The position numbers and the translations under genes are program-made. From the sequence record DRR723986_1789: a DNA stretch of 64,000 nucleotides; one strand, written 5' to 3'. This document shows, piece after piece, positions 24,384 to 34,286 of this stretch (the stretch's first letter is position 1; every line of letters begins with the position of its first letter). The notes beneath the pieces are model-generated. The model saw only the letters and a list, made by a program, of their open reading frames with translations. It was not told the DNA's origin and made no database searches.

Positions 24384-25664
24384 CTACTTCGTCACGCGCG
24401 TTTCAAGAAAGCGAGCCAGTTTATGGAAGTCGCTACCTGGCTCAATGAATCGCACCTTCGTAACAAGCGTCTCTGGGTCAACCAATTGCTCGAAGGGAAC
24501 GAAGTTCAAATCGAGCTGTCCACCAACGGAGATCATGACGCCGTTGAGCTCCTCTTCGATCAAAGCACGATACGCCCCGACGCCGATCTGGGAGCCAAGC
24601 ATGACATCAAACGCATGTGGCTGAGCACAGCGGCTTTCGTAGCCCAGTTGCAATCCGTTGACTTTACGATTGCGGCCCGTCTCTGCGTTGTACTTCTTGG
24701 ACACCTCTTCGGCCAGCATTTTTCCAAGGTTAACACTAGCAATCGCAATGTGGCCGTGGTCGTCGCGCGGGATATGGGCTAGATACTTCTGCGGTAGATA
24801 CTCTGCCATACCTTCGGCGACAACAATAACGCCATAAGGTCGCCCCATCTCCTCGCGTTTGATCATGGTAGCAACAATATTGGCAACTACCTTGTCCATG
24901 TGCATGATCGTCTTGGTCGATGTGTTGCCATCGGCGTCGGTCACTTGCTCTTCGCCGCGCAAGTCCCCGACGATGTCCTCGACACTCAGCACCATGCACG
25001 CCTCACCGGCGATGGCCGCACCATACGCTAACCAGCCCGCGCTACGACCCATCGCTTCGCAAACAAAGTAAGCCTGGCCAGCCGATGCATCGTAGTTCAA
25101 ATTCCGCATCTCGGTTGCAAGAAACTCCGCCGCGGTGAAGTAACCGAATGTAAAATCGATCCCCATGTAATCGTTGTCGATCGTCTTGGGCAGGTGCACA
25201 ACTGGCATTCGTTTCTTGTCGGTTGGAAGCTGATCTTGGTAAAGCTTCATCTTGTTGGCGGTCTTCAACGTGTCGTCACCACCGATGGAAATCAGTGCAT
25301 CCACGCCGAGCTCGTTGAGTGCGTTGTAAACTCGGCCAAGCGGCGCGACTTTGTCCGCGTCCTGCAAATCCGCAGGGCTCGTCACCATCTTTCCAGGGTT
25401 CGAACGCGCCGTGCCGATCAAGATTCCCTGCGACGTACGGCAGTGTGGCAAATCTTCGTGCGTAATATTGATGTATGCCTTGCCCTCTTCGAGCGGCTTG
25501 CTGCCATCGTAATCGATCAGGTTCGAATAGCCGTGCTTGATGCCGACAACTTCAATTCCAGCACTTAGGAATGCATGGGCAGCGGTTCCGATTACGGCAT
25601 TTGCACCTGGAGCGGGGCCGCCGGCGAACAACATAGCGACACGTTTGATGGATGTGTTAGACAT
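24384..25664 (-). CDS. pfp: 6-phosphofructokinase, probably PPi-dependent
   Basis: GGPAPGANAVI, IGGDDT, PKTIDND, MGRSAGWLA and LGYESRC. GGDD plus PKTIDND is the PPi-type signature. Confidence 0.88.
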   Translation of the reverse strand: MSNTSIKRVAMLFAGGPAPGANAVIGTAAHAFLSAGIEVVGIKHGYSNLIDYDGSKPLEEGKAYINITHEDLPHCRTSQGILIGTARSNPGKMVTSPADLQDADKVAPLGRVYNALNELGVDALISIGGDDTLKTANKMKLYQDQLPTDKKRMPVVHLPKTIDNDYMGIDFTFGYFTAAEFLATEMRNLNYDASAGQAYFVCEAMGRSAGWLAYGAAIAGEACMVLSVEDIVGDLRGEEQVTDADGNTSTKTIMHMDKVVANIVATMIKREEMGRPYGVIVVAEGMAEYLPQKYLAHIPRDDHGHIAIASVNLGKMLAEEVSKKYNAETGRNRKVNGLQLGYESRCAQPHAFDVMLGSQIGVGAYRALIEEELNGVMISVGGQLDLNFVPFEQLVDPETLVTKVRFIEPGSDFHKLARFLETRVTK

Positions 25665-26220
25665 GCTTGGAACCTATTGAACTTTCGCAGCGGGGCTTTG
25701 GCCCGCACACCCAAATGCGATGTGCACTGCCCGCTCGCAACCTCGAAACAATGAAACTGACAGAAGCGTAAACGCTCTCTCGATAAGGACTTACGTCAGT
25801 GGACCGAGGTACTCTTCGGTTTTTCGATCCGCCCGACAGAGGAGTATTCTCTGGCCACGTGACAGTCGCGCCAAGACCTCGCCACTAGCTTGCCGCCGCT
25901 TGTGGAGAGTAGAGCGATGGTTCCAAGCCCCCGACGTGCGAGAGACTACGGCATAGGGTCGGTTTAACCCACCAAGCTGCCCCGTGCGGTGGTTTTCGGT
26001 GCCCGTGACAACCGATCCTGAATCACGCCAAGTGAGCCCAAGGCCGCAGCCTGTCGGCCACAGACTGTTGCTCGAAGCGGCTTGTGGCAGTGACCGATGC
26101 TGGCAAAACGCGGCGCATTGACATTGCGGCTCGCGGGCCGCTTCTGTAACCACAATCTACGGAACGGATTCTCGGGCGATTCAGTACTGAGTGATCACAA
26201 ACTTGCGGGGTTAACGAGCG

Positions 26221-26679
26221 ATGTCACAGACTGGCGAAATCTCATTTGAAGACCTTCGAGAAATCGCTTCGCAAGGAAGCTGTGCGGCGATGGTTGCAGA
26301 CCTGACCGCCAGTTTGGCCTACGGCGACGACGAGTCCGCCGCCCTGGTGGTCGATTTACTCCGAGAAGTCGATGGCATTCCGGATGATCAAGCGGAAAAG
26401 TTGGTGCCGCTAGCCAACAGCGATTCACCACCTGTCGCTGCGTGGGCGTGCAAGTTGCTCTCGCGCAGTTCACTCGGCAGCGCGGCCGAAGAAGCAATCT
26501 GTCGCACACTTTCGACACACACAAACACCGGTGCCAAGCAGGAAGCTGCGAAAGCGCTTGGCGACCTAGAGAGTATTAGCCCACAAACTCGGGATGCACT
26601 GAAGGTCGCGGCAGCAAGCGACGACCCACGGCTTTCCCGGATGTCCCAGAGAGCACTTTCGTCACACGGCGAAGCCTGA
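26221..26679 (+). CDS. HEAT-repeat protein
   Basis: Helical repeats VAAWACKLLSR, AKQEAAKALGDL and DDPRLSRMSQRAL. Confidence 0.65.
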   Translation: MSQTGEISFEDLREIASQGSCAAMVADLTASLAYGDDESAALVVDLLREVDGIPDDQAEKLVPLANSDSPPVAAWACKLLSRSSLGSAAEEAICRTLSTHTNTGAKQEAAKALGDLESISPQTRDALKVAAASDDPRLSRMSQRALSSHGEA

Positions 26680-26737
26680 CACACGAGCCGCAAAAACTCA
26701 GTTTATTGCGACAGCCCAATGCAAGGAGGCAGATGGG

Positions 26738-27715
26738 ATGCGATCGATACCCTTTTACCCAATGATGGTCCTGCTACTCGTAGGACTCGGCGGCTACCTT
26801 GGCTGCGACCCAGGTAGCATCCAACTGCCTAACGAGGCTGGGCTTACTGGCACGAGTGGCTCGAACCTAACGTATTCGACCGATGTTCCCGCTCGGGACA
26901 ACTCACGCTTGCTCCTGGGCAGCTTCAACATGGAGCGACTTGGCCCCAAGAAGCTTGGTGATCCTTGGGTCATGGAACGCTTTGCCGCGATCATTCAGCA
27001 GTTCGATGTAATCGCGTTGCAAGAGATCACCAGCAAAGATCAAACGACGCTCCCTAGACTTGTTGACTTGGTCAATGCAGGCGGAGCTCGGTATTCCTAC
27101 ATCATTAGTGAACGGATCGGTCGAGCCGCCTCGGGCTACTACGAACAGTATGCCTTCGTATTTGACACAACCCGGGTGCGTGGCGGCAAAGACTACTCCT
27201 ACACAGTTGAAGACGACCGCGACGTCCTTCACCGCGAGCCGTTCGTCGGTCGGTTTCAGACCATCAGTGCTAATCCATTCGGGTTTACACTGGTCAACAT
27301 GCACACCGATCCAGATGACATCCGCTATGAACTGGACGTGCTCGCTGACGTATATGTCAGCATCAAGAACTACGAGTACCCAGAGGAGGATGTTATCCTG
27401 CTCGGCGATCTAAACGCTGCACCCGGCAAGCTCCAGCGCCTTGAGCAACTGCCTGGCGTCGTTCCGCTGATCAACGGCCTGCCGACGAATACCCGAAAGA
27501 GTAAAACTCTGGACAACTTTCTGGTCGATTCGGCGAACACGCGAGAATACACAGGGCGAGCGGGCACGATGGACCTAGCAAAGGTCTTTCAGCTCCAGCT
27601 AGATGATGTAGAACGCCTGTCAGACCACTTGCCGATTTGGGCTGAATTCTCGATGGAAGAAGCTCCAAGCTCGGTTACCGCGATGGCGGCGACAGGCGCA
27701 CCAGTACGTCGATAA
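26738..27715 (+). CDS. Endonuclease/exonuclease/phosphatase (DNase I-like) lipoprotein
   Basis: Lipobox YLGC, SFN, DVIALQEI, EQYAFVF, REPF, NMHTDP, LGDLN and SDHLP. Confidence 0.88.
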   Translation: MRSIPFYPMMVLLLVGLGGYLGCDPGSIQLPNEAGLTGTSGSNLTYSTDVPARDNSRLLLGSFNMERLGPKKLGDPWVMERFAAIIQQFDVIALQEITSKDQTTLPRLVDLVNAGGARYSYIISERIGRAASGYYEQYAFVFDTTRVRGGKDYSYTVEDDRDVLHREPFVGRFQTISANPFGFTLVNMHTDPDDIRYELDVLADVYVSIKNYEYPEEDVILLGDLNAAPGKLQRLEQLPGVVPLINGLPTNTRKSKTLDNFLVDSANTREYTGRAGTMDLAKVFQLQLDDVERLSDHLPIWAEFSMEEAPSSVTAMAATGAPVRR

Positions 27716-27773
27716 CTCCGACTAATCACTTTGCAATTTCGTCAGATCGATTTGCTAAGGAACTTACAGCACA

Positions 27774-28535
27774 ATGTTCAAGACGACCACACTATTCGTC
27801 GCATTAACGATAGCGATATCCATGAACGCCAGTGTCATCGCACAATCAGGTGGCTTCCGATTGGAAACCGATATTTTCGTTTCTTCTGAGACGAAACCTG
27901 TTTACCAAACGCTAACTCTCTTCAAGGATGGGCTAGCCTACGATATCCCACGTGGCAGTTCGACGATTACGGTCGTAGACATCAACCGAAACAGCATTAC
28001 ACTCTTGGACTCAACACGTCAGGTGCAGACTCATGTAGAGTTGGCACAACTGATTCGACTGATTGGCGACGCTCGCAAACAAGCTGGACCACTGCAAGCA
28101 CTCGTAGAGGAATCATCCAAAGTTGTGGAGTCACCGACTTCATTGGTCGTCGGCGGTAACATCATCCGCTACGAGTCCACTCTGCAGGATGCACCGAACC
28201 GCGAGACAGCCGTCACCTACGCGAAATTTGCAGACGCTGTAGCCTATCTAAATGGAAGCCGTGAAGCTGCCGCGTTGCCGTTTGCGAGGCTAACGCTGAA
28301 TCGCGAGGTTGCCAAGCGTTCGAAGCTACCGCGTGAGACGACAAAGACAGTTTCGTTCGGTGGCAAACCTTCAGTTCAACGCAGTAAAGTGCATGCTACC
28401 TGGGATCTCAACCCGGAGAATGAACAACGCATCGCAGCGATCGACGATATGCTTAAGGCCTTTCCAGTCGTCGAACACCCAGAGTTCTTCCAATCACCAC
28501 TAAAGACGGCTGGGCTTCAAGGCTCACGTCGCTAA
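27774..28535 (+). CDS. Hypothetical secreted protein
   Basis: 253-aa ORF with a Sec signal (MFKTTTLFVALTIAISMNASVIAQ) and AAGGA SD, co-oriented in the run. Confidence 0.7.
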   Translation: MFKTTTLFVALTIAISMNASVIAQSGGFRLETDIFVSSETKPVYQTLTLFKDGLAYDIPRGSSTITVVDINRNSITLLDSTRQVQTHVELAQLIRLIGDARKQAGPLQALVEESSKVVESPTSLVVGGNIIRYESTLQDAPNRETAVTYAKFADAVAYLNGSREAAALPFARLTLNREVAKRSKLPRETTKTVSFGGKPSVQRSKVHATWDLNPENEQRIAAIDDMLKAFPVVEHPEFFQSPLKTAGLQGSRR

Positions 28536-28568
28536 AAAGCCCGAATGGCACTTTGATTAGGTAAACGT

Positions 28569-29822
28569 ATGTCCGTTTTGGTTTTCGAAGATGCATCGGT
28601 CAACTTGCTCGCGCCGATCACTACCGCTCGAGCCGCGTTTTGCATCACGATCGGCTCGTACCGACTATTAGATATCCTTGCAATCCTTGGCCAGCCAGTC
28701 GCCGCTCACTGTCGTCCGTTTTTGCGCGATCTCGTCGCCGAAGACTGCGAAGTGAAAATGGCTGATCGGGATGATGCATCTGAGCTAGACAACCCAACGC
28801 TTGTCATCAACGGTCGCGCTATTCCGTGTCCAAAGACCCTCGAAACGATTAAGGCACTGATTGCCGACTCAACCAAGAGCGGCGTCGTTTGGCATGACAA
28901 TCAGATCGCGGCAATTGTCCGCCCCAATTGGACTTGGGAAGATGTCAAAGCCGCCAGCAACTCTGGCTTCGATACGCTTCTTCAAGCGGCCGCGACGCTC
29001 CCGCGGCTCGACGAACAACTAAAGCTCTTCACGTATCCTCATGATGTCGTCGCTGCCAACATGGATGTGATTGGCGACAACCTAGAACACCGCATTGCCA
29101 GCGGAGCCTACGAACAACTTTCCGATGGCGTCTTCGCGGCAAAGGGAGCCAAACTCGGCGAGTATGTGCTCACTGAAACCAGCGATGGCCCAATTGTCAT
29201 CGACGAAAATGCCTCGGTTGGACCGTACACGCTTTTGCGCGGGCCAATTTACGTCGGACCTGGCTGCAGAATCCTGGAACATGCTGCAATCAAGGACGCA
29301 GTGTCACTGGGGCACACAACCAAGATCGGCGGTGAAGTCGAAGCTGCAATTGTTGAGCCCTACTCAAACAAACAACACCACGGATTTTTAGGCCACAGTT
29401 ACCTGGGAAGCTGGATCAATTTAGGTGCAGGGACCTGTAACTCAGACCTGAAAAACACGTATGGTACTGTCAACATGGAGTACCCTGCGGGCAAGTCTGC
29501 GACGGGAATGCAGTTTCTCGGGTGCGTCATGGGAGACTACAGCAAGACCGCCATCAACACAGGCATCTTTACGGGTAAAGTCATTGGCGTTTGCTCGATG
29601 ATGTACGGCTTTGTGACCAGTAATGTGCCAAGCTTCGTCAACTATGCTAGGCTGTTCGGGCAGATGACGACGTTGCCGCCTGAGATTATGATTGCCACCC
29701 AACAACGAATGTTCGTTCGCCGAAAGGTCCAACAAAGGGCCTGCGATACGCAGTTAATGCACGACATGTATCGACTTACTCAAAACGAACGCGATCGATT
29801 TGGGGACGACCTTGCATTCTAG
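28569..29822 (+). CDS. GlmU-related putative sugar-phosphate nucleotidyl/acyltransferase with hexapeptide repeats
   Basis: FED..L.PIT..R N-terminus, left-handed beta-helix repeats (LLRGPIYVG, KIGGEVE) and NKQHHGFLGHSYLGSWINLGAGT. Confidence 0.85.
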   Translation: MSVLVFEDASVNLLAPITTARAAFCITIGSYRLLDILAILGQPVAAHCRPFLRDLVAEDCEVKMADRDDASELDNPTLVINGRAIPCPKTLETIKALIADSTKSGVVWHDNQIAAIVRPNWTWEDVKAASNSGFDTLLQAAATLPRLDEQLKLFTYPHDVVAANMDVIGDNLEHRIASGAYEQLSDGVFAAKGAKLGEYVLTETSDGPIVIDENASVGPYTLLRGPIYVGPGCRILEHAAIKDAVSLGHTTKIGGEVEAAIVEPYSNKQHHGFLGHSYLGSWINLGAGTCNSDLKNTYGTVNMEYPAGKSATGMQFLGCVMGDYSKTAINTGIFTGKVIGVCSMMYGFVTSNVPSFVNYARLFGQMTTLPPEIMIATQQRMFVRRKVQQRACDTQLMHDMYRLTQNERDRFGDDLAF

Positions 29823-31086
29823 CTCTGGGTCGCATTGCAGTATTTGCGGGCTCCTGTGCTCGCTTCCCCTGCAATCTTTCAACGAACAAGCCGGCGCAAG
29901 CTGCGAGCGTCGCCAGAGATGGCTCGACACCCAACCTGCGCAACTTGATTCGGCAGACGAGCGAGCTGCCACATCATCACAAGCGGCCTCGGCAGATTCT
30001 GAAGCAATTGCGAGCCTGCTGACGAAGATTCCCAATGCCCCTGAGGCAAAACGCCTACTTTGGGTGGATGCTGCCGACGTTGATTCGATGCGTTGGATCG
30101 TTCGGTTTGCTCAAGCCACTGGGACGACAATTCACGTGGGGCAGGGCACCGGCAGCGAACTGCTCAGCCGAGTTGTTTCCAGCGAAGGTTGGTTAGGAAC
30201 TACGCTCTCCGAAGTGCGTGCGAACTGCGACTTGGTCATTTCCATCGGGCAGAGCATTCTTCACAACTTGCCGCGGCTTAACGAACTTCTCATTACACCA
30301 CAACAAACCGGTCGCTGGATCCATCTCGGCCCGCCTCCCGTGCCCTCTGGTCACACGCCACAGACGGATGACCTTGAGAGTGTCGTGGTCGAGTCGCCAG
30401 ATCAGCTTTATCGTCTGCTCACTTCGCTGCTTGAACTCACTACTGGCCTGACAGCTTCAGCCCCTGAGCCTGGCGCCGCGTGGCTACTCGACGCCATCGC
30501 ACAAGCACGCCAGGCCGCAGTCGTTCTTGACGCCCAGGATCTCGTCCATTCGACAAGCGAAGTCCACCTTCGCCGCCTCGCCCAATTGGCTCGCGCCTTC
30601 GGTGACGAGTCCAAACTTGCTCTGCTGGCTTTGGATTCTCAACCCGGCCGCGTGACCGCTGAAGAGACCCTTCGATGGCTTACCGGCAGCAGCCCAACCG
30701 TCGAACCGGCTGGCATCGATCCGGCCTGTGATTCGCAACCTGATGTAATTCAGCACTGGCAATCGCCGGAGTATCGATTCAAACGTTTGGATCAGTGGCG
30801 CGACCACTTTGACCACATTTGCTGCGTTCGCACAGTACCGGCCGACAGCCCTCTTCCTGACGTGAAGCCCGACCTGGTCTTCTCTGTCGACTCTAAAATC
30901 GCAGGCACTCAAACTACTGCACCGAAACGACTTGCCAGCGGATACTTGTTTCGCGCCGATGCAGTGGGAGTCGAACAAGTGGACGTTTCGGGAGCGATTC
31001 GCGACGGTTTCAAACGGGCCACTGAGTTGCTTGGGCGAAGTGGAACACCCGCCGTTGAGAACAACGACGAGAAGGATCACAGATGA
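29800..31086 (+). CDS. fhcB: Formyltransferase/hydrolase complex subunit B (FwdB/FmdB homolog, degenerate)
   Basis: N-terminal CxxCxxxC...C, TTLSEVRANCDLV..PRL motif, W.TG..P and GYLFRAD. Overlaps fhcA by 4 bp. Confidence 0.72.
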   Translation: MGTTLHSSSGSHCSICGLLCSLPLQSFNEQAGASCERRQRWLDTQPAQLDSADERAATSSQAASADSEAIASLLTKIPNAPEAKRLLWVDAADVDSMRWIVRFAQATGTTIHVGQGTGSELLSRVVSSEGWLGTTLSEVRANCDLVISIGQSILHNLPRLNELLITPQQTGRWIHLGPPPVPSGHTPQTDDLESVVVESPDQLYRLLTSLLELTTGLTASAPEPGAAWLLDAIAQARQAAVVLDAQDLVHSTSEVHLRRLAQLARAFGDESKLALLALDSQPGRVTAEETLRWLTGSSPTVEPAGIDPACDSQPDVIQHWQSPEYRFKRLDQWRDHFDHICCVRTVPADSPLPDVKPDLVFSVDSKIAGTQTTAPKRLASGYLFRADAVGVEQVDVSGAIRDGFKRATELLGRSGTPAVENNDEKDHR

Positions 31087-32684
31087 GCTGTTTGCGCATT
31101 CGCAACGCACACATCGTTGACCCGACGCATCCCGGACACGGTCAGACTACGGACCTTTGGATTCGGGACGGCCACTTTGCAAATGAGGTGAGCGAGGGCA
31201 CGGTCGTTGAAGAAGTCGATGTCGCTGGAGCACTTGTGCTGGCTGGCGGGATCGATCTGCATACGCACATTGGCGGCGGTAAAGTGAACATTGCGCGGAT
31301 GCTGTCACAGCAGATTCGCCGCGATGGACGTGCAATTTGCTGGCCAACGATTGAGACAGGCCAGTTGTACAATGCCATCGGCTATACGACGTGCTTCGAG
31401 CCCGCGATGCTCCTTTCGTCGGCAAGACATACCCACCTCGAATTGGCCGACACACCGAATATCGACTCCGGTGCTTACGTCGTTATGGGCAACGACGATT
31501 GGCTGCTGCGAGCTCTCGGAAATGCTCCCGAACCAGATTCGATTGACGCTTTGGTCGCTTGGACAGTGCAAGCTTCTGCGGCAAAGGCGGTTAAGTGCGT
31601 CAACCCAGGTGGTATCAGCGCGTTCAAGTTCGACGGACGCATGCTCGAGCTCGATGCCAAACACCCCAAATTTGGCACAACGCCTCGCGACGTCATACGA
31701 CAATTGACGGCCTCTATTGATCGACTTGGCCTTAGCCACCCACTGCACCTGCACGCCAGCAATCTAGGGGTTCCTGGAAATGTGGCGACAACCCTGGATA
31801 GCTTAAATGCATCCGAGGGACGACGCATTCACCTGACCCACGCGCAGTTCAATTGCTACGGCGATGGCGGTCCCAAGGGGATGAACAGCGGTGCAGAGCA
31901 ACTGGCGAAGTACATCAACGAACACACTGAAGTGTCTCTAGACATTGGACAAGTCGTTTTTGGTCAGACCATTACGCTTTCCGCCGATCTGGCTGCTCAG
32001 TACCGCAATCGTGATCATGCACACCCCAAGCAGTGGCTTGTCAACCAGCAGGATTGCCAAGCGGGATGTGGCGCTGTTCCGATCAAGTACGAAGACACGA
32101 ACTACGTCCATAGCCTACAGTGGACCATTGGTCTGGAGTTAATGCTGTTGGTCAACGATCCCTGGCGAATCTTTTTGACGACCGATCATCCCAACGGTGG
32201 GCCATTTACTTGCTACCCGCATCTGATGCGATTGTTGATGGATCGAACTTACCGTCTTGAAATGCTCGATCGCATCCACCCGCTTGCGCGTGAGCACAGC
32301 CTGCTTCGAGAAATCGAGCGTGAATACACTCTTGACGAAATCGCTATCACGACGCGTTGTGCACCTGCAAAGATCCTTGGACTCAAAGACCGCGGCAGCC
32401 TGCGTGAAGGTTGCGTTGCTGATCTGGCCGTCTATACATCTCGCAGCAACTGGGAATCGACGTTCTCACATCCCAGTCTGGTCTACAAGTCTGGTCAGCT
32501 TGTGAATCGCGACGGCACTCCTCAAGATCACCCGACCGCCGGCAAGGTCTTGACTGAAAATGTCGAATTCGACAGCCGTGCGCTCGCTGGCCACTTGCCG
32601 AATATCGAGCAATTGTTGGGGCGAAAGGCGGATTCACTCGTCATATCATTGGATGAGTTAAATACGCAATTGCGAGTTGCCTAG
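31083..32684 (+). CDS. fhcA: Formylmethanofuran dehydrogenase/Fhc subunit A (amidohydrolase)
   Basis: GGIDLHTHIGGGKVN, GYTTCFEPA, KCVNPGG, HPLHLHASNLG, HLTHAQF and TTDHPNGGPF. Confidence 0.93.
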   Translation: MSCLRIRNAHIVDPTHPGHGQTTDLWIRDGHFANEVSEGTVVEEVDVAGALVLAGGIDLHTHIGGGKVNIARMLSQQIRRDGRAICWPTIETGQLYNAIGYTTCFEPAMLLSSARHTHLELADTPNIDSGAYVVMGNDDWLLRALGNAPEPDSIDALVAWTVQASAAKAVKCVNPGGISAFKFDGRMLELDAKHPKFGTTPRDVIRQLTASIDRLGLSHPLHLHASNLGVPGNVATTLDSLNASEGRRIHLTHAQFNCYGDGGPKGMNSGAEQLAKYINEHTEVSLDIGQVVFGQTITLSADLAAQYRNRDHAHPKQWLVNQQDCQAGCGAVPIKYEDTNYVHSLQWTIGLELMLLVNDPWRIFLTTDHPNGGPFTCYPHLMRLLMDRTYRLEMLDRIHPLAREHSLLREIEREYTLDEIAITTRCAPAKILGLKDRGSLREGCVADLAVYTSRSNWESTFSHPSLVYKSGQLVNRDGTPQDHPTAGKVLTENVEFDSRALAGHLPNIEQLLGRKADSLVISLDELNTQLRVA

Positions 32685-32711
32685 CTACTAATACTTCAGA
32701 CGACGAGCTGG

Positions 32712-33953
32712 CTATTCCGCGTTCAGCTTTGAGTAATCTACATTGGCCAGATCCAATGTTTGGTTCGATTCAGGCATCGGATACTTCAGTCCGGTCGCAC
32801 AGTTGAACAACACGATACGTTCATCGGGAGAGACATAGCCATCGCGGACCGCGTTTTCGCAGGCTGCTAAAGTTGCGGCCCCTTCAGGGCACAACATCAT
32901 TCCCTCAGCGGCGCTGCGTGCCCCAGCGGCGATGATCTCATCGTCGGTAACGCTGACAGCTCGACCGCCGCTTTCGCGAACAGATCGCAGAATCAGAAAG
33001 TCTCCAACGGCAGCGGGCACTCGAATTCCGGCAGCCACCGTGTGCGCGTTCTCCCACGGCTGGGCGAACTCCTCGCCAGCCTCAAACGCCCTTACCATGG
33101 GAGCGCAACCAGCCGCTTGGACGGCGATCATGCGAGGCAATTTGCCTGTAATCCAACCCAACTCCTTCAGCTCTGCAAAGGCCTTCCACATCCCAATCAG
33201 TCCGGTACCGCCGCCGGTTGGATAGAAGATCACATCCGGCAATGTCCAACCGAACTGCTCGGCGAGCTCCAGTCCCATGGTCTTCTTGCCCTCGATTCGA
33301 TAGGGCTCTTTGAGCGTCGACATGTCAAACCAGTCCATGAGCTCCTTGCCTTGACCGACGACCTTTCCGCACTGGTGTATCAAACCGTTCGCCTTCCATA
33401 CCTTTCCACCCTGGTAGGCAATTTCTCGAACGTTGATCTCTGGGGTGTCATCGGGGCAAAAAATGAACGATTCAATACCGGCCCGCGATGCGTAAGCTGA
33501 GAGTGCCGCACCGGCGTTGCCATTGGTTGGCATGGCGATGCGTCGTATGCCTAACTCATTGGCCATCGTCACAGCCATGCACAGCCCGCGAGCTTTGAAT
33601 GAACCAGTCGGGAGACGGCCTTCATCCTTTACCAAGACTTCGCACTTTGCATCGCCGGCAAGTGAAATTGGAATCAGCGGCGTGATCGGCTCACCAAGAC
33701 GAACGATACTCGCATTTGACTGGAAAGGCAGTAGCTCACGATACCGCCACAGTTCATTGCATCGCCCTTGCAGGTGACTCGGCGAGGTCGCGTTTTTGAT
33801 GGCATCCAAGTCGTAACGCACCAAGAGCGGTTTCCCGGCATCGCTTAGCCCCCACACTTTTCCTTTCTCAAACCGCTGCCCTGTCAGGCCACATTCCAAA
33901 TGCGAAACGTAGCTGCTATCTGGCAATCCACCTAAGAGAGTCGACTGGTCCAT
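32712..33953 (-). CDS. thrC: Threonine synthase (PLP fold type II)
   Basis: LWRYRELLP, PTGSFKARG (PLP lysine), NGNAG, RIEGKKT, PTGGGTG and PEGAA. Confidence 0.85.
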   Translation of the reverse strand: MDQSTLLGGLPDSSYVSHLECGLTGQRFEKGKVWGLSDAGKPLLVRYDLDAIKNATSPSHLQGRCNELWRYRELLPFQSNASIVRLGEPITPLIPISLAGDAKCEVLVKDEGRLPTGSFKARGLCMAVTMANELGIRRIAMPTNGNAGAALSAYASRAGIESFIFCPDDTPEINVREIAYQGGKVWKANGLIHQCGKVVGQGKELMDWFDMSTLKEPYRIEGKKTMGLELAEQFGWTLPDVIFYPTGGGTGLIGMWKAFAELKELGWITGKLPRMIAVQAAGCAPMVRAFEAGEEFAQPWENAHTVAAGIRVPAAVGDFLILRSVRESGGRAVSVTDDEIIAAGARSAAEGMMLCPEGAATLAACENAVRDGYVSPDERIVLFNCATGLKYPMPESNQTLDLANVDYSKLNAE

Positions 33954-34286
33954 AACTGTGTCTTCACGTTGTAATTTTGAGTTACCCTGCGGCAGATCAT
34001 GCCTTCAGTCTCTGCTCGTAGCGATTATAGGTTGGTCACTTGGGGCGAGGAATCTCAAATAGGTGCCTCAATGAAGAAGGCGGCGGCTTCCCTTCATAGG
34101 AAGCTGGAGTCCAATGCAAGTGAGGAACTGTCTCCCGGTGAACTGGGGCATGCTAGAATCACAGTCGAAATGGCCTCAACTCTGGCAAGCTAAATTCTGC
34201 CGACCAGCGTTCTGGCAAGGCCAACCAAAACACGGTCCAGCTTCAGAAAGGAAGCAAGCCGCGAAACCAAGCAGCAATTGTTCAGC

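Noticed and set aside
25665-26220. Short ORFs in the pfk/HEAT divergent gap
   Set aside because: Overlapping ORFs on both strands with no coding features; more likely a promoter region.
33954-34286. LexA/SOS box upstream of dinB and small ORF 33999-34193
   Set aside because: No convincing palindrome of a LexA type that I know, and the ORF has no protein-like features.
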